From Basidiobolus meristosporus CBS 931.73 (lineage: Eukaryota > Fungi > Basidiobolomycota), in assembly GCA_002104905.1 (NCBI GenBank), contig MCFE01000476.1, forward strand, positions 4,694 through 68,693: a stretch of DNA of 64,000 nt. The letters run 5' to 3'. This document shows positions 34,191-48,133 of this stretch, one piece after another. The first letter of the stretch is position 1, and each line of letters opens with the position of its first letter. The notes under the pieces are model-generated. The model made no database searches. It had not been told where the DNA came from and was given only the letters and a program-made list of their open reading frames with translations. Both the position numbers and the translations under genes were made by a program.

Positions 34191-34849
34191 CAGCTGTTTT
34201 CTTGTTTGTAATTCTTCTTGGCTATAATGGGATTCAGTCTGTTCTGGGCTTATGGTGTTTATTGCCAAGAACTGCAGACTTTTTATTATGCTGCCTTGTC
34301 ACTGGCTTGGGTAGACTTTTCCCCTTTACCTTTTCCTTTATCACTGCCAGGTCTTTCATTGCTACATTGTCTGAGTGCTTCTTGTATTGAACTACATTTT
34401 CTCCTTGATAAATGCTGCTCCAATGCATCTGTTTTAGCCTGCTTGTTCCTTGCTGGCACTCTTCTGGCTACCCAACATTTTTTTAGAATATGAATGCCCA
34501 GAGACATTGACTAATACTGATGGGACTCTGGGGTAAGGCTCAGTGAGTGTGCCAAGATATAGATATAGTAAAGAACAGACTAAAACATCACATGAGGATA
34601 TGTCAAGGGTCACCTAGTCATGTGACTAGGTCATGTGACATGCTATTGCTATATATGGTATTGAGCTACATACATTCCAAAGGGAAGCTTCCATAGGATA
34701 CTCCATTGTGTATTGATGACTTGGAGCGTTCAAGAAGTAGCTGGAATGTATTAGAACTCTCTAGAAGGAACTGGGATTTCTTCACCAACATGATTTGGCT
34801 GGATCATGAAAGGTCAAGGATGTCAAGTGAGCATGAGAGACTTCTTAAA

Positions 34850-35922
34850 CAGAGCTATCACTCTGTGTGCCATTTTCAGAAGGCTGAGGTGAGCCTAAAG
34901 GCATCACAAGCTCACCTGACTCAGCCTGTGAGAGGTGACAAGTATGGTTGGGTGCTGTAATAGAAGTATGAGGTTTCAACAGAAATAAAGCAATTTGCTG
35001 GTATGAAAAGTAGGAGAATTGGTTGATTTATTAAGTAAGGAGTGTGACAATGAGCTAATAGGCAATATATGTACAAAAATGTAGGAGGTGATAGAGTGTC
35101 TGGGATCAGAAAGTGAGAAAATTGGCAGAGAACTAATCAAATGCCACCTAGGTATTAATGTAATCAAAACTCTTGGCCAGGTTTTTTGTGAAATCTGGGG
35201 TACAATTCTTTCTAAGTGATATTTGCAAGGTGACCTAACAGCATCAACACCTCTTAGTCACTGGACTTAAGCTTTGTAATGGCCTTTTGACAGGATCACC
35301 AGGATTATTTTTCATTTGGTGTGGTACTTTATAGCTTCAGAATATTTGTTGGTCAGCATGAGTTTCAGACACAGTATTGCTGGAAAATATCTAGAGTGTT
35401 ATCAAAATTTTTCTCCTGTGGTGGTAGATACTTGTAAGGTTGCACACCTTAAAATAGTCACATTTTCAAATGTGAATGCCATGCAGCTATGACCACATGC
35501 AGCTATCAGACTAGTCTCTGGTTCCTGTGTAGCCAGTCACATGATGGCACCACATTTATCACAAGGACATGGCAAGTTGCATCTTGGAATAATTTTGGCA
35601 ATAAGTAGTAGTAAGTCCTCAAAACCCTCATTACTTGTATTGGTGGAAGTACATCATTTCTCTAGCCACAGCATCATATTATTAACCAGTATATGTATTA
35701 CTGGGCTCACTTGGCTCCACAAAGTGTCCTTGACATTTTTTCTATGGGTGTTATCTCATTGAATATTGGAATTTTGCCAGTCTCATGCAGGGTGCATGGT
35801 GAGGGGAGATAGGCCCAATAGATCAGTAAGCCTTCTTCTTCAGAGCTATCACTCCACTGGCAAGATTCAGAAGGCTGAGGTGAGCCAAAGACTGCCACAA
35901 GCTCACCAGCATTGGTTTGCAT
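34850..35922. repeat. Rearranged CACTA/CMC fragments (transposase N-terminus and right subterminal region)
   Basis: Homologous to 16030-16670 and 24450-24680. Confidence 0.65.
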
Positions 35923-36940
35923 TGTGGTGGTATATAAGTCCAAGGGAGAGATACATCCAACACTTCTCAGGTTTTTTGTGTGTGGGGTGTCCACTGGATG
36001 CAATATCCTCTGGCAAAAGCTTGTTAGGAATACTTGGGTTATGACTCTACTTTAATGTGAAGGGGAATAAAGCCACAAGCTTGTCAAGGAAAAACTATTG
36101 AGCTACAATCCCCAACTTAGTTGGCATCTTTACAAAAGTATGTGCTGGGTGCAGCATGCTTTGAGATGAAAGTGTACTAAAGCTTTCAAGGTCAGAGCAA
36201 CTGTAAACCTCACCAGCAGGGACTTGATTAAAATGCAGCTGTTGTCAACAGCTACAAAGACAGAGAGCTATCTTTCCCTGCACAAGAACAAACTTGGGAA
36301 AGAATAAAATATAATAAAAGATTCCAACTCTGAGTATTCCTCACAAATGGTGTCTCCAAGGTTGGAGGGCCATCAGTGTGGTTTCTTGGGAGTGTCCTGT
36401 GGTCTGGGACTGGAAGTTTGGGTAGCCTCTTACATGAGCAAAATTGATCTATAATTAACAAAGTGGGGATGTTGCTTTGCTCCAGTAGATTGGATATATG
36501 TCAAACACTAATCAAGTGTTTTGTGTGTGGTGTGTTTACTGCGTGCAATAACCGCTGGCAAAAGCTTGCTAGGCATACCTGGGTTCTGACTCTGCTCAAA
36601 TGTGAAGGGGAACAAAGCCACAAGCGTGTCAAGGGAAGACTATTGAGCCACAATCCCAAAATTAGTTAGCATCTTTACAAAAGTATTTTCAGGGTACCGT
36701 GTCTTTTGATATGACAATGTACTGAAGCTTCCAAAGGCAAAACAACTCTAAACTTCACCAGCAGGGACTTGATAACAATGCAGCTGCTGTCAATAGTTAC
36801 AAAGGCAGAGAAGTAACTTGACCTGTACAAAAACAAACTTGGGAATGAATAAATTATGATCAAAGATACAAACTATGAGTGTTCCTTGCAAGTAGCACCT
36901 CCAAGGTTAGTTGGCTATTGGTGTGGTATCTTGGGAGTGT
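35923..36940. repeat. Two truncated R1-type LTR segments; the second (from 36470) is preceded by the purine tract AAAGTGGGGA
   Basis: Homology to the first 500 bp of R1; the 36425-36470 segment matches the reverse complement of 40351-40395. Confidence 0.65.
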
Positions 36941-37610
36941 TTATGTTGCCCAGAAATAAAGCAAAGTTGTCTGCTTCTTTATCAGTCCATACTGCTGAGA
37001 GCAGCAGAAGAACAGTGAGACAACAGCTTGTGCTGACATTTAGTGCAACAAGCAAGGATGCAGCCAAGAAAGGTCATGTTGAAGGTGTGCCCATTAAAGG
37101 TGATAAAGTGGACTCCTCAGGCTCTTAGTTTGATAGCTATTGCAGAGTCTCTAGGCTGCAGCAGGACAACCATAATGCTCAGGCAGAGGAAAATGTAGCA
37201 AATGCAGTATTTCTGCTGAAAGACCAGCAAATGACCATTATTATATCACCACCGTCATTTTCAGCAAGTATGTTCTCAGCTCATACCAAAGCATTAATGA
37301 GGCAAGTAGGTGCAGTGGCTGAGAGGATTGGTGAGATGGCCCAGAAAAATCAGGAAATAGTCCAGAGACAGATATAGCAGATAATACATAGAGAGCAATC
37401 CATATAACAGGTAGAAAACGCAGTATTAGGTTACAAAGAAGAAGCTCAAGTAGCCCAATGTCACAGGCAAGAGTTGGGCCATGTTCCAATGAAAAAGCAG
37501 AGGAACCCCATACAGTCTTTGAAGTACAACAACAGTGTCCAGAGATAAAGCCCAAAGAAAAACATATTGCAGCATGGGAGGGAGAGACTCTGATCTTAAT
37601 AACTAAGGCT

Positions 37611-39280
37611 TAGTGAAAAAGCTATGAGTCCACCTAATTATTGATATATTATGAGCTAGCACTGAGTTGCATGACATACCAAGATAGTCACTAAGCAGCA
37701 GTTTATATGACATTTGCTAATTGGTAGGATCTAATAAAGCAAAAAATCTTGGGAAAATCTGAAACTTGGCACATGTAGCCCTGAGACTCCCCTAAAAACA
37801 ACCAAATACCAACATTTATGTAGTACTGTAACAACTAAAATAATGTGTTGCATCTCAATAATCAACAAGTAAACACCATGTAAATCATACAAATCTCCTA
37901 TTCACCTCCCATACATTTCTCTAATATTTCAACAGGTTAAGGGGATTAAGCTTGCTATATCTTGGGTTGCTACTTTGCTCTGGTACTGTGTCTCTATTCT
38001 TGAGAAAGACTGCCTGGTCTACTTGAAGTTAAAAAAGACGGAAAAGTACTGCTGCTGTAAAGAACTGTTAAGTGAGATATATTGCATTAGAGTGGGGGCT
38101 TTGCCCTTTAAGAAGACCCCTAGAGAAGTAAAAGTTCATATGCTAAGGAGGTTATAGTTAGACAAATTCCAACTTATGCAATGTGTAGAGAGATGAAGCT
38201 CTGAAGAAATGAGCTATCCCAGCAAGGAGTCCAGATCAATAAGGGGCACTGTAGATAATATGTATATCCATGCTATGATCCCTATTATTGCAGCATAGAG
38301 GAGCTATGTTCATAACTTATATATACCTGTATCTTGATGATATTATTTCAGTCATGCAAGTACATGCATTCCTGTAGCAAACTTGCACAAGTCTGTAGCC
38401 ACATCAAATGAAATGATACACAAGCACATTGAAGCTACCTGCAGCCCTAGTTTGGAGTGGTATTTGTGATATACCAGTGGTACTATTGGTAGTACCAATG
38501 ATCCTGAGGCTCTATGGGACACTTATTGAACTAGCTGCATGTCTACATTAGGTACTAGAAACAGTGGCAGGAGATACATCCAGAGACTTCTCAATATGAA
38601 TTACTACTGTCATCAAGAAAAGTGCTGATGGGGATTGTGACCAAGGTAAATGCAAATAGTCTTTATATACACTGTAGGATATTACATCAAATACTACTGA
38701 GGTATGTACTAGTTGTCTTACACCAGTACACATATCACCAGGCATATAGTGCTTGCTGATCATTTATGTAAACATGAATGAGATGTTAATCTTGCAATTA
38801 TAATCATATCAGGCTACTTGCAGCTCCCAGTTACAGACCACAAGAAAGTAATGGTATGTGCCATCAAAATGCTGAGAAAAGTGGCTTTTCAAGGAGTTTA
38901 ATTTGTTCAAATCCAATCAAGCCTGTGAAAAGGGATAACTGACTTAAATGGATAACCTATTAGAATGAAACATCTTAGATTCAAACTTCTCTGGACACAG
39001 GAGGCTTCTGAATGCTCCCAAGGATCAACAACCTGTGGATATGCTACCTGCATGATCCAGATCAAGATCATCAAGAAAAACTCAGCAGTCTGCTTCTTCA
39101 AGACCAGATACTGGGCAAAGAAACTATCAGGAAGCACTCAGTTTCCAAACAGAGGTAGGTGATGCCTAAGCCAGATTAGGATTGTCCAGTATTCTATATA
39201 AACCAGTAGTCCTACTACACAAGGATAATGAGCAGTCATGCTATGGAAAGCAGCAGAGCAGTCCAGGGAAAACTACATAT
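37611..39280 (+). mobile_element. Decayed Copia family C: LTR (37611-37934), PBS-like GGTTAAGGGG, gag relic
   Basis: LTR matches the reverse complement of 53849-54197; NDPEALWDT and CFF...WAK resemble degraded Gag motifs. Confidence 0.5.
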
Positions 39281-39284
39281 TTGG

Positions 39285-40350
39285 TGCAGAGAAGTCACAA
39301 TGATACCCACTGACAGATGTGCTAATTCCCATATTTTATACTTCCCTATTTTTCTACTACCCTTATTTTAGTATTATCCCATTTGTCCTACTTGATCAGT
39401 ACTATCCCATAAGCTGGTTGACTCTCATCACTGCTTACCTTATGGCATACATTATCCCTTACTTTATGTAAGATTACTTAATGTAAGTGCTTCTATATTA
39501 GGCAGGTACCTGTGCTAGTACCTATGACACATGACCCAACTATGTCACCATCACTATCTTTTTCGCACCATATATGGTATCCCTTTGTTACACAGGTTTC
39601 AGGAAGCTAATTCCTGGTTAGTTGGCTATGTTGTGCCTGTTAGAACATTCCAGCATCTACTCAGAATGTTCTTAGCTCATTTTGATGTCATTAAGATTGC
39701 TATTTGACTACCAGAGCCTTGTGGAACACCATGATTAGTAAGCACTTTGCCAGTGACCAAAGTATACAAGGGAGGTAATCCCTTAACAATTAATTATCAT
39801 TGCTTTTATCCTTATACCAACTTCTTGATTAGTGTAATCACTGCTACCAGCTGCTACCTGAACTTCAAATCCCAGACCTCAGGTCATTCCTAGGAAACTG
39901 AGCTGGCAGCCAACTGACCTTGGAGGCACTAGTTGTGAGGAATACTCATAATAGGCATCTTTGTATTTTATTCTTTCTCAAGTTTGTTCATGTACAGGTC
40001 AGGTTGCTTTTCTGCCTTTGTAACTATTGACAGCTGCTGCATTGTTATCAAGTCCCTGCTGGTGAAGTTTAGAGTTGTTTTGACTTTGGAAGCTTCAGTA
40101 CATTGTCATCTCAAAAGACACTGTACCCTGCAAATACTTTTGTTAAGATGCTAACTAAGTTTGAGATTGTGGTTCAATTGTCTTCCCTTGACACACTGGT
40201 GGCTTTATTCCCCTTCACATTAGAGAAGAGCCAGAACCTAGGTATTCCTAACAAGCTTTTGCCGGTAATTATTGCACCCAGTAAACACACCACACATAAA
40301 ACACTTGATTAGTGTTTGACATATATCCAATATACTGGAGCAAAGCTACA
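39285..40350. repeat. Full-length R1 variant LTR (inverted) with adjacent purine tract and about 200 bp of putative internal sequence
   Basis: Collinear with the reverse complement of R1; TCCCCACTTT at 40351-40360. Confidence 0.7.
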
Positions 40351-40569
40351 TCCCCACTTTGTTAATTATTGATTAATTTTGCTCAGGTAAGAGGCAGCAG
40401 TAAGCCTGCAAGCACAGCTATCTAATAGTAGAGAGTATGCCTGAATATGCTCAGTATCTGAGAGCACTTGCTCTGATCAAGTGGCTGATGCTCATCTATA
40501 CCTATTCTGTGATGAGATCAGAGTTCAGACTCCAAATAATCTGATCTGAAGTATCCAATCAACAGTATA

Positions 40570-40699
40570 GGCTTGTACTTGGTTATCATCCAACTTCTTC
40601 TGCTGTTACTTGTGCTCAACTTTCTTTCCTGCTACTATACCCAAAAGCTTTCTTACCTCAAAGTGTATCTGCATCTTGATTCTCCAAAGTCTGTAGTCC
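40570..40699 (-). pseudogene. Copia B gag N-terminal fragment
   Basis: GACTACAGACTTTGGAGAATCAAGATGCAGATA matches 43551-43585. Confidence 0.7.
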
Positions 40700-43081
40700 T
40701 GTTGCAAGTCTTTATAGAAGAATTGTAGAGGAACACAGAGTTTAGTTAGTATTGTATTCACTAAAACTTGACATGATTTTTATTACAGTTCCAGCAGCCC
40801 TTTATATTCAACTTGCCAGATCAATTACTGACTAATTGAATTTCCAAATGTAATTTGTGGCTGACAACTTATTTGACTGTATCATCATCATCCAATTAGA
40901 TCCAACTTACTATATCTATTTCTGTTTGTTAAGGATCTGCTGAATCTTCTGCTGACTAATGATACTGAGTTGATAGATAATACTGATATACTGATAGGCT
41001 AAGCATAAAGCTAATTGCTTGAACTAAAAACTGATCTACCTAAACATGTAAGCAGTACATCTTATCATTCTCCCCTACTAAAGTTGAGGGGGTTGTCCTG
41101 AATCTCTTTTCTTGTAATACCAATATATATAGCTCAGTATTGTCAGTAAGTCCTGAAAGCCTGAGTCTGTCTCTGTGAGCCAAATGTTCCAGATATTTCC
41201 TTTTTTGTCCACTAGTTGGTAAGTTGCAAAAAGACATTCTCTGATGGTCTTGAGTGGTCCCATCCATTGTGACTGGAACTTCTTCCAAGTGTTGTTTCTC
41301 ATTAATACCAAGTTCCCAACAGCCAATGCTTCTGGTGATATAGTCTTATCAATTCTCTGCTTAGTCTTTTCTACACTTTGAGATACTGTGGCCTGTGCCT
41401 CTTGACATCTTTATTCCAATTGCTGATGTCTACTTGACTGACTGAGCTCATCTTCTAAGGCATCTGTTAGCTTTGGTTGTGTGAGATATCCTGTAATCCT
41501 TGGTTTACATTCATCCAATAAGTAAAATGGCAATTATTGGGTGGTGTTGTGCACTCTGACTCTGAGGGCAAAAAGTGCTTGGTCTATACACTCCTCCCAT
41601 CTACTGAGAGCTCCATTTGCTTATGTAGTTAGCATTATTGCAAATAATTCATATAACTGCTCAGTGACTCCATTAATTCTAGCCTGATATGCCAAGGTTT
41701 TCAAAAGCTTGATCTGCTGCACTTCCAGGTACACTTCCAATGCCTTTGCCATATGGTATGCTTCTGTACCAGATGTAATTTCTACAGGGCATCCAAGCTT
41801 CATATGGATCTTGCGGTAGAAGAAACTTGCAGCTTCTTGTTCACTGACTACAGGTAGAGCTTTGGCTACTGGCCATTTAGTGGCATGGTCAATTGCTACT
41901 AGGGTCCATGGATTGCATTTCCTGGTGGTTGGTAGTCTTCTTGAAGAGTCAATCCCCCATCTCTCAAATGGTCTCACAGGCTCCAGCAGAAGGAGTTTGG
42001 TGTTTCTTTGTGGTTGGCCTTGGTTGATTTGGCAATATGGGCTTTTTTTCACTTGCTTCTCAATATCTTGTTTCATTCTGGGCTATCATGCTCTAGCATT
42101 TACCAGGCTATAGGTTACTACAATTCCAAGATGTCCATATCAATTGCATAGCTTATGTATTAAAACCAGGCAAGCACCAAAAGGGCAATAGGCAAAGGGT
42201 CTTCCATTAACAATCTGGTACAGTATTTCATTCTGTACTACAAATTTGCTGGCTATGTCCCTGATTTTTCTTTTGATCTCTTCATCCACCTGATTAGGAG
42301 TGCCTTGGGCCTCCAAGTACTTTGGCAATAATCTAGGCCAATCTGAGTCATACACTAAGCTGAATTGTGCAACTTGTGCTGGTCTTGATAAGACATCAGC
42401 AACTGTGTTGTTCTTCTCACAGCAGAAGGCAATATCCAAGTCAAATTGTTGGGTGTATTCATTTAATCTTGTCATTTTTCTGCATAGTACTTTCTGAGTA
42501 AATATGTACCTGAATGAGATGTGACCAGCTTTCAGAGTGCACTTCAGTCCCTCTATATAGCATCTCCAGATCTTCAAGCAGTGTATTATTGCAAATATCT
42601 CCTTCCCATGTGCTTGGTAGTTCTGTTTTGCTGTGATCCAATTCCTCGATTCAGCAGCAACTGAATAGGGCTTTCCTTCATGTTTTTGGCTCAGTATTCC
42701 ATCAATTGCATCCACTGAATCATCTGTGCACAGAGTAACCATTGTTATAAAGTCTGGAATTCTTAGGCTTGGCAGCTTAGCAGGTTTATTCTTGAGTGTT
42801 GGAAAGACAGACTCACAGGCTATGTCCCACTTTAAGGTGTTGTCTTTCTTGAGGATATCAGTTTAAGAGGCCATAGTACTGACTAAGGACCTGACAAATC
42901 TCCAATAATAGAAACTATACCAGGGAAGGATCTCAGTCCTGATATGCAATGGGGCTGCTACAGATTCTTGATGACTTTAACCTTCATGGGGTCTAAGGTC
43001 ATTCTTATGCAAGTCGCTATGTGACTCAGGTACTCAACATGTTCCTTCAAGAATTCACATTTTGCTAGCTTGCCAAATGGC
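40700..43081 (-). mobile_element. Ty3/Gypsy relic A: end of RT, RNase H, integrase, PPT and 3' LTR (40700-41067)
   Basis: CTDDS..AIDGILSQ, GKEIFAIIHCLKIWRCYIEG, PFERWGID, VAIDHATKW, WMGP; GGGGAGAA precedes TGATAAG. Confidence 0.85.
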
Positions 43082-46000
43082 TGTTGAAATATTGGACTAT
43101 TTGGTATCTTTCTGCAGCTAAAAATTTACTTAACAATTCTGGACTAGTCTTGGTCACTGTGGGACTAATTTACAGCTCTAACTTTGCCACTTTCTTCACA
43201 TCTATGATCTTATGATTTTCCCCTATAGTCAGGATTAAATTAGCACCAATACTAACTACTATGTACTAGCCCTGAAACTGTTATAGAATGCTCCTAAATA
43301 TTGAGAAACCTTCCTTACTTAGTGCTACAGCTGTATTACTTCTACAAAGGTATAAAGACTGAGCTTCTTTATTAATAAACAACAGTTCAGCTATTATCAC
43401 TATTTCTTTATAAGTTCCTTATATCCAAATCACTTCTTAAATTGCAATAGGTTATCTGCCCCAATTGCCTGAATCTATTCTAAAGATGACTTCTACCAGC
43501 AAACAGATCAACACAAACAGCTTCCCTGTAAAGGAGAGGTTTGATGGAAAGAACTACAGACTTTGGAGAATCAAGATGCAGATCCACCTTGAGGAAAGGA
43601 AGCTTTGGATGATAGTAACAGGAAAAGAAGTTGAGCCCAAAGGAACAGTGGAAGAAGTGGAGAAGTTTCAAGAGAAGGAGAGAAAGACCTTTAATGCCAT
43701 ATGTATCAATGTGCAAGATTCCTTCATTGGACAAATCCATGCCTCAAATACTGCCAAAGCAGCATGGGAATCCTTAGAGAAGATCTTTAGGGCAAAGTCA
43801 GTATCAAGCAAGCTTTATTTGAAACAGAAGTTCTTCAACATGAGGAAAAAGCCAGATGATGACATGCTGCAACTCATTACCAAAATGGAGACACTTGCAG
43901 AAGAACTTTACAGGTTCAATGCTGGTGTAGATGATGAAGAAAGATACTCTGTCTGCTTTACAGCCTACCTGACAAGTATGAGCCACTCATACTTTCTCTT
44001 GAAAGCAGAGAAGACAACTTGACTTTAGACTATGTCAAAGGAAAACTTCTCCATGAAGAAATCAGTTGTAATGATCAAGCAGAGAAAATTGAAGATAATG
44101 CTTTATTCAGTTCAGAAAGGCACTCAGAAAAGAAAGGAAAACAACAAAACCAAAGAAAACCTAGTTGCTGCAACTTTTGTAAAAATACAGGACACTGGGC
44201 AAGAGAATGCAAGAAGAAACAAGCAGACAATAAACAGAAACTAGAGCAGGCAAACCGTATAAATACTGATGCACAGTTATTTGTAACTATACAAGAGAGG
44301 GCAAGTAACCACAGTAATGAATGGTATATTGACTCTGGAAAATCACAGCAAATTTGTGGTATAAAGGAGTGGTTCAGCAACTTAAAAGCTATTCCCATAA
44401 GAAAGGTTAATCTAGGAGATAACTCTGCTCCGGAAGCTACCTCAAGTGGGTCTATACACCTAAATATGGGCAATAGCTCAGGGGCAACTACAGCAAGACT
44501 CACCAACATACTCTATGTACCTGGAATAGCTAAGAACTTACTCTCAGTCAGTAAAGCAACTGCTCAGGGACCGAAATATGTCTTTACTAAGATGAGCTGC
44601 TCAATATTGAGTGAGAATGGACAAAAATTAGCTCTGGGAATCAGAGAACACAATATATACAAGTTACAATGCAAGGTCATTGTACCTGAGTATGTCAACA
44701 TTGCTGCAACTGATGAAACCAACTAGGAGACGTGGCATTGGAGGCTAGGGCACATTAGCAAACAGAAAATGAGCCAATTGGTGAAAAATCAGCTTGTTTT
44801 GGGCCTAAAATACTCAATTCCAATCAAATTGAATGTTTGTAAGGGATGTTCATATGGCAAACAAGCTAGGCATTGATTTAAAAGCTCAGAAGGCATCAAT
44901 ACCACCAAAATATTGGCTATTGTACACTCAGACATATGTGGCCCCATGAGAATACTGTCCTTTGGAGCCAAGAGATACTTTATGACATTTATTAGTGACA
45001 AAACAAGATATACATGGGTGTAGTTCCTCAAAACAAAGGATGAAACTTTAGAGACGTTTAAGCACTTCTAGAACATGGCAGAAACACAAACTATGTGTGA
45101 ATTGAAGGAACTACAAAGTGACAATGGAGGAGAATACTGCTCAAAGGAGTTTGCAAAATACTGCTTGTCTACTGGTATACTTCTACAGACCACAGCTCCT
45201 CATACTCCACAGCAAAATGGTGTAGCAGAACATGCAAATAGAATAATAGTAGAGATGGAAAGATCTGTGCTACATGATAAGGGAATGGATTACAAGTTCT
45301 GGGCTGAATCTGTTGCTATTGCAGTATACATCAGAAACAGAGGCTCAACAACAGCACTGCGTGATTCTACACCCTTTGAAGCATATATAGGCAAAAAACC
45401 AGATCTCCAGCACCTCAAGATCTTTGGTAGTGATGTTATTTATCACATCCCTGACAAAAAACGCTCTAAGTTGGAACCAAAGAGTAGGAAAGGGATCTTT
45501 CTTGATTATTGTGAAGATATTAAAGGGAATAGAGTGTATGACGGCAAAATTTGGAAGCTGATCAAAAGCAGGGATGCTGTATTTAAGGAGAATTCAGATC
45601 AGAAAGCCACAGAAATCATTGGTCAGCAGCCTGATAATGCAATCAACACTAATGAAGAAGATACGTACCAAATCCAGCCAGACATGAAAGATACTTCTAC
45701 CAGTTCCCAATCAGTACAGATTATCCCAGTTAGGAGATCTACCAAAATAAGAGATGCCCCTGGATCCTGGTGGCAGACATACAATGATCATAAAGAAGCT
45801 TATATTGCCTTATGTGCAAATCCTCAGATTCTGGAAAAGTCAATGCAAAGTCCAGATGCTACTAAGTGGCAACAAGCCATGCAGGAGGAGTACCAATCAC
45901 TTATCAAGGCAAAAACATGGGAACTGGTAGATTTACCAAATAGGAGAAAGCCAATAGGATGTAGATGGGTCTATAGGATCAAGTTAACCTGAAATGGTGC

Positions 46001-48133
46001 CATTGATAAGTACAAGGCTAGATTGGTGGCTAAAGGCTATTCATAGGTCCAGAGACTAGACTTTTAGGAAACATATGCTCCGGTTGCCAAGTTTAACCCT
46101 ATTAGAACAGTTCTAGCCCTGGCAGCTGTACATAGTCTAGATCTACACCAAATGGACATCAAAACAGCCTTTCTGAATGGGGACTTGCAAGAAACTATAT
46201 ATATGGAGCAACCAGAAGGCTTTACCAATCCAAAGGTACCCCATAAGGTGTGCAAACTTAGAAAATCACTGTATGGGCTTAAGCAGGCACCTAGAGCAAG
46301 GTTTAACAAGATTGCCAGATATCTAGAGGAAATTGGGTTCTCTTGTAGCACTGCAGATCACAGTATATGTGAAACAGCTCAAAAGGGTGTGATCATCCTA
46401 GTTCTTTATGTGGATGACCTAATTGTAGCTTCAAGTGACCAAGAGGCACTTAAACAGTCAAAATCAGATCTCTTCAGCAAGCTTGAGATGAAAGATCTTG
46501 GAAAATTGGGCTAATTTCTTGGAATTAAGGTCAAATTTGACATACCTACGCAACAATTGTGCTGAATCAGTCTACGTACAGCAGGGATATTCTTAGATGC
46601 TTCAAAATGGAAAATAGCAAACCTGCAGCTACCCGTATGGACAATAACCTGAAATTAAGCAAATCTCAGCCAGTTATAGATGAAAACGGCTCAAATATGG
46701 ACTAAACCTTTCCTTATCAATCAGCGGTTGGTAGCCCAATGTACTTGATGGTGTCTACACGTCCAGATATTGCAGTGGCAGTTGGAATAGTCAGTCAACT
46801 CATGCAGAATTTGTTGCAATTTAAGAAGTGATTTGGATATAAGGAACTTATCAAGAAATAGTGATAATAGTTGAACTGTTGTTTATTCATAAAGAAGCTC
46901 AGTATTTATACCTTTGTAGAAGTAATACAGCTGCAACACTAAGTAGGGAGGGTTTCTCAATATTCAGGAGCATTCTGTAACAGTTTCAGGGTTAGTACAT
47001 AACGTTTGGTAATAGTGCTAATTTGATCCTGACTATAGGGGAATAATCATAAGATCATATATCTGGAGAAAGTGGCGAAGTTAAGGCAGTAAATGAGTCC
47101 TACAGTGACTAAGACTAGCCTAGAATTGTTAAGTAAATTTTTAGCTGCTGAATGATACCAAATAGTCCAATATTTCAACAGAATTATGGATCAGATCAAA
47201 TTGCACCAGTTAAGCAGATTTTCAGATATCTACAAGGTACCATAAATATGGTACACAAATACTCTGGAACAGCTAATAGGCAAATTTTTGATGGTTATAG
47301 TGATTCAGATTGGGGTAGGGATCTGATTGACAGATGCTCTACCATAGGCTATGTATTTCTTTATGCTGGAGCAGCTATTACTTGGAATTGCAAGAAACAA
47401 CCAACTGTTGCCCTATCTACAACTGAAGCCAAATATATGGCTGCATGTCAAGCAACTAAGGAGGCTATATGGCTACAAAAATTATCCAAAGACTTAGGTT
47501 CTAATTCAGATGAACCAACATGTATTTACTAGGATAATCACAGTTGTATTTCATTAGCTAGAAATCCTACTAATCATGCCAGAACTAAGCACATTGATAT
47601 AAAGCATCACTTTGTGAGGGAAGCTGTAAAAAATAACTTAGTAGAGTAAGTGTACTGCCCAACTAACAAGATGGTGGCAGATATATTGACAAAGTACTAA
47701 CTAGGCCACAATTTGAGAACCTAAGAGAGTAATTAGGATTGAGAAATTATTTAGTTGAGGGGGAGTGTTGAAATATTGAACTATTTGGTATCATTCTGCA
47801 GCTAAAGATTTACTTGACAATTCTGGACTAGTCTTGGTCACTGTGGGACTAATTTACAGCTCTAACTTTGCCACTTTCTTCACATCTATGATCTTATGAT
47901 TTTCCCCTATAGTCAGGATTAAATTAGCACCAATACTAACTACTATGTACTAGCCCTGAAACTGTTATAGAATACTCCTAAAGAATGAGAAACCCTCCTT
48001 ACTTAGTGTTACAGCTGTATTACTTCTACAAAGGTATAAAGACTGAGCTTCTTTACTAATAAGCAACAGTTCAACTATTATTGCTATTTCTTGATAAGTT
48101 CAATATATCCAAATCACTTCTTAAATTGCAACA
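43082..48133 (+). mobile_element. Ty1/Copia family B element, full structure but with many stops; no TSD
   Basis: LTRs 43082-43449 and 47766-48133, PBS-like GGTTATCTGCCC, PPT TTGAGGGGGAG; gag (NYRLWRIKM), CNFCKNTGHWAREC, WYIDSG, SDNGGEY, LYGLKQAPR, LYVDDLI, SDSDWG. Flanks are ATGGC and TGCTT. Confidence 0.92.
46812..47180 (-). mobile_element. Copia B solo LTR (younger subtype) nested antisense in Copia B
   Basis: Perfect TSD GAATT (46807-46811, 47181-47185); nearly identical to 52117-52485. Confidence 0.92.

Noticed and set aside
37940-39240. Possible Helitron or KDZ transposase relic
   Set aside because: No Rep/helicase or KDZ motifs were found; the preceding LTR and PBS-like site favour a decayed Copia gag.
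41068-41330. Chromodomain at the Gypsy integrase C-terminus
   Set aside because: Only a GPF/Y-type motif (WMGP) is visible before the PPT; there is no chromodomain signature.
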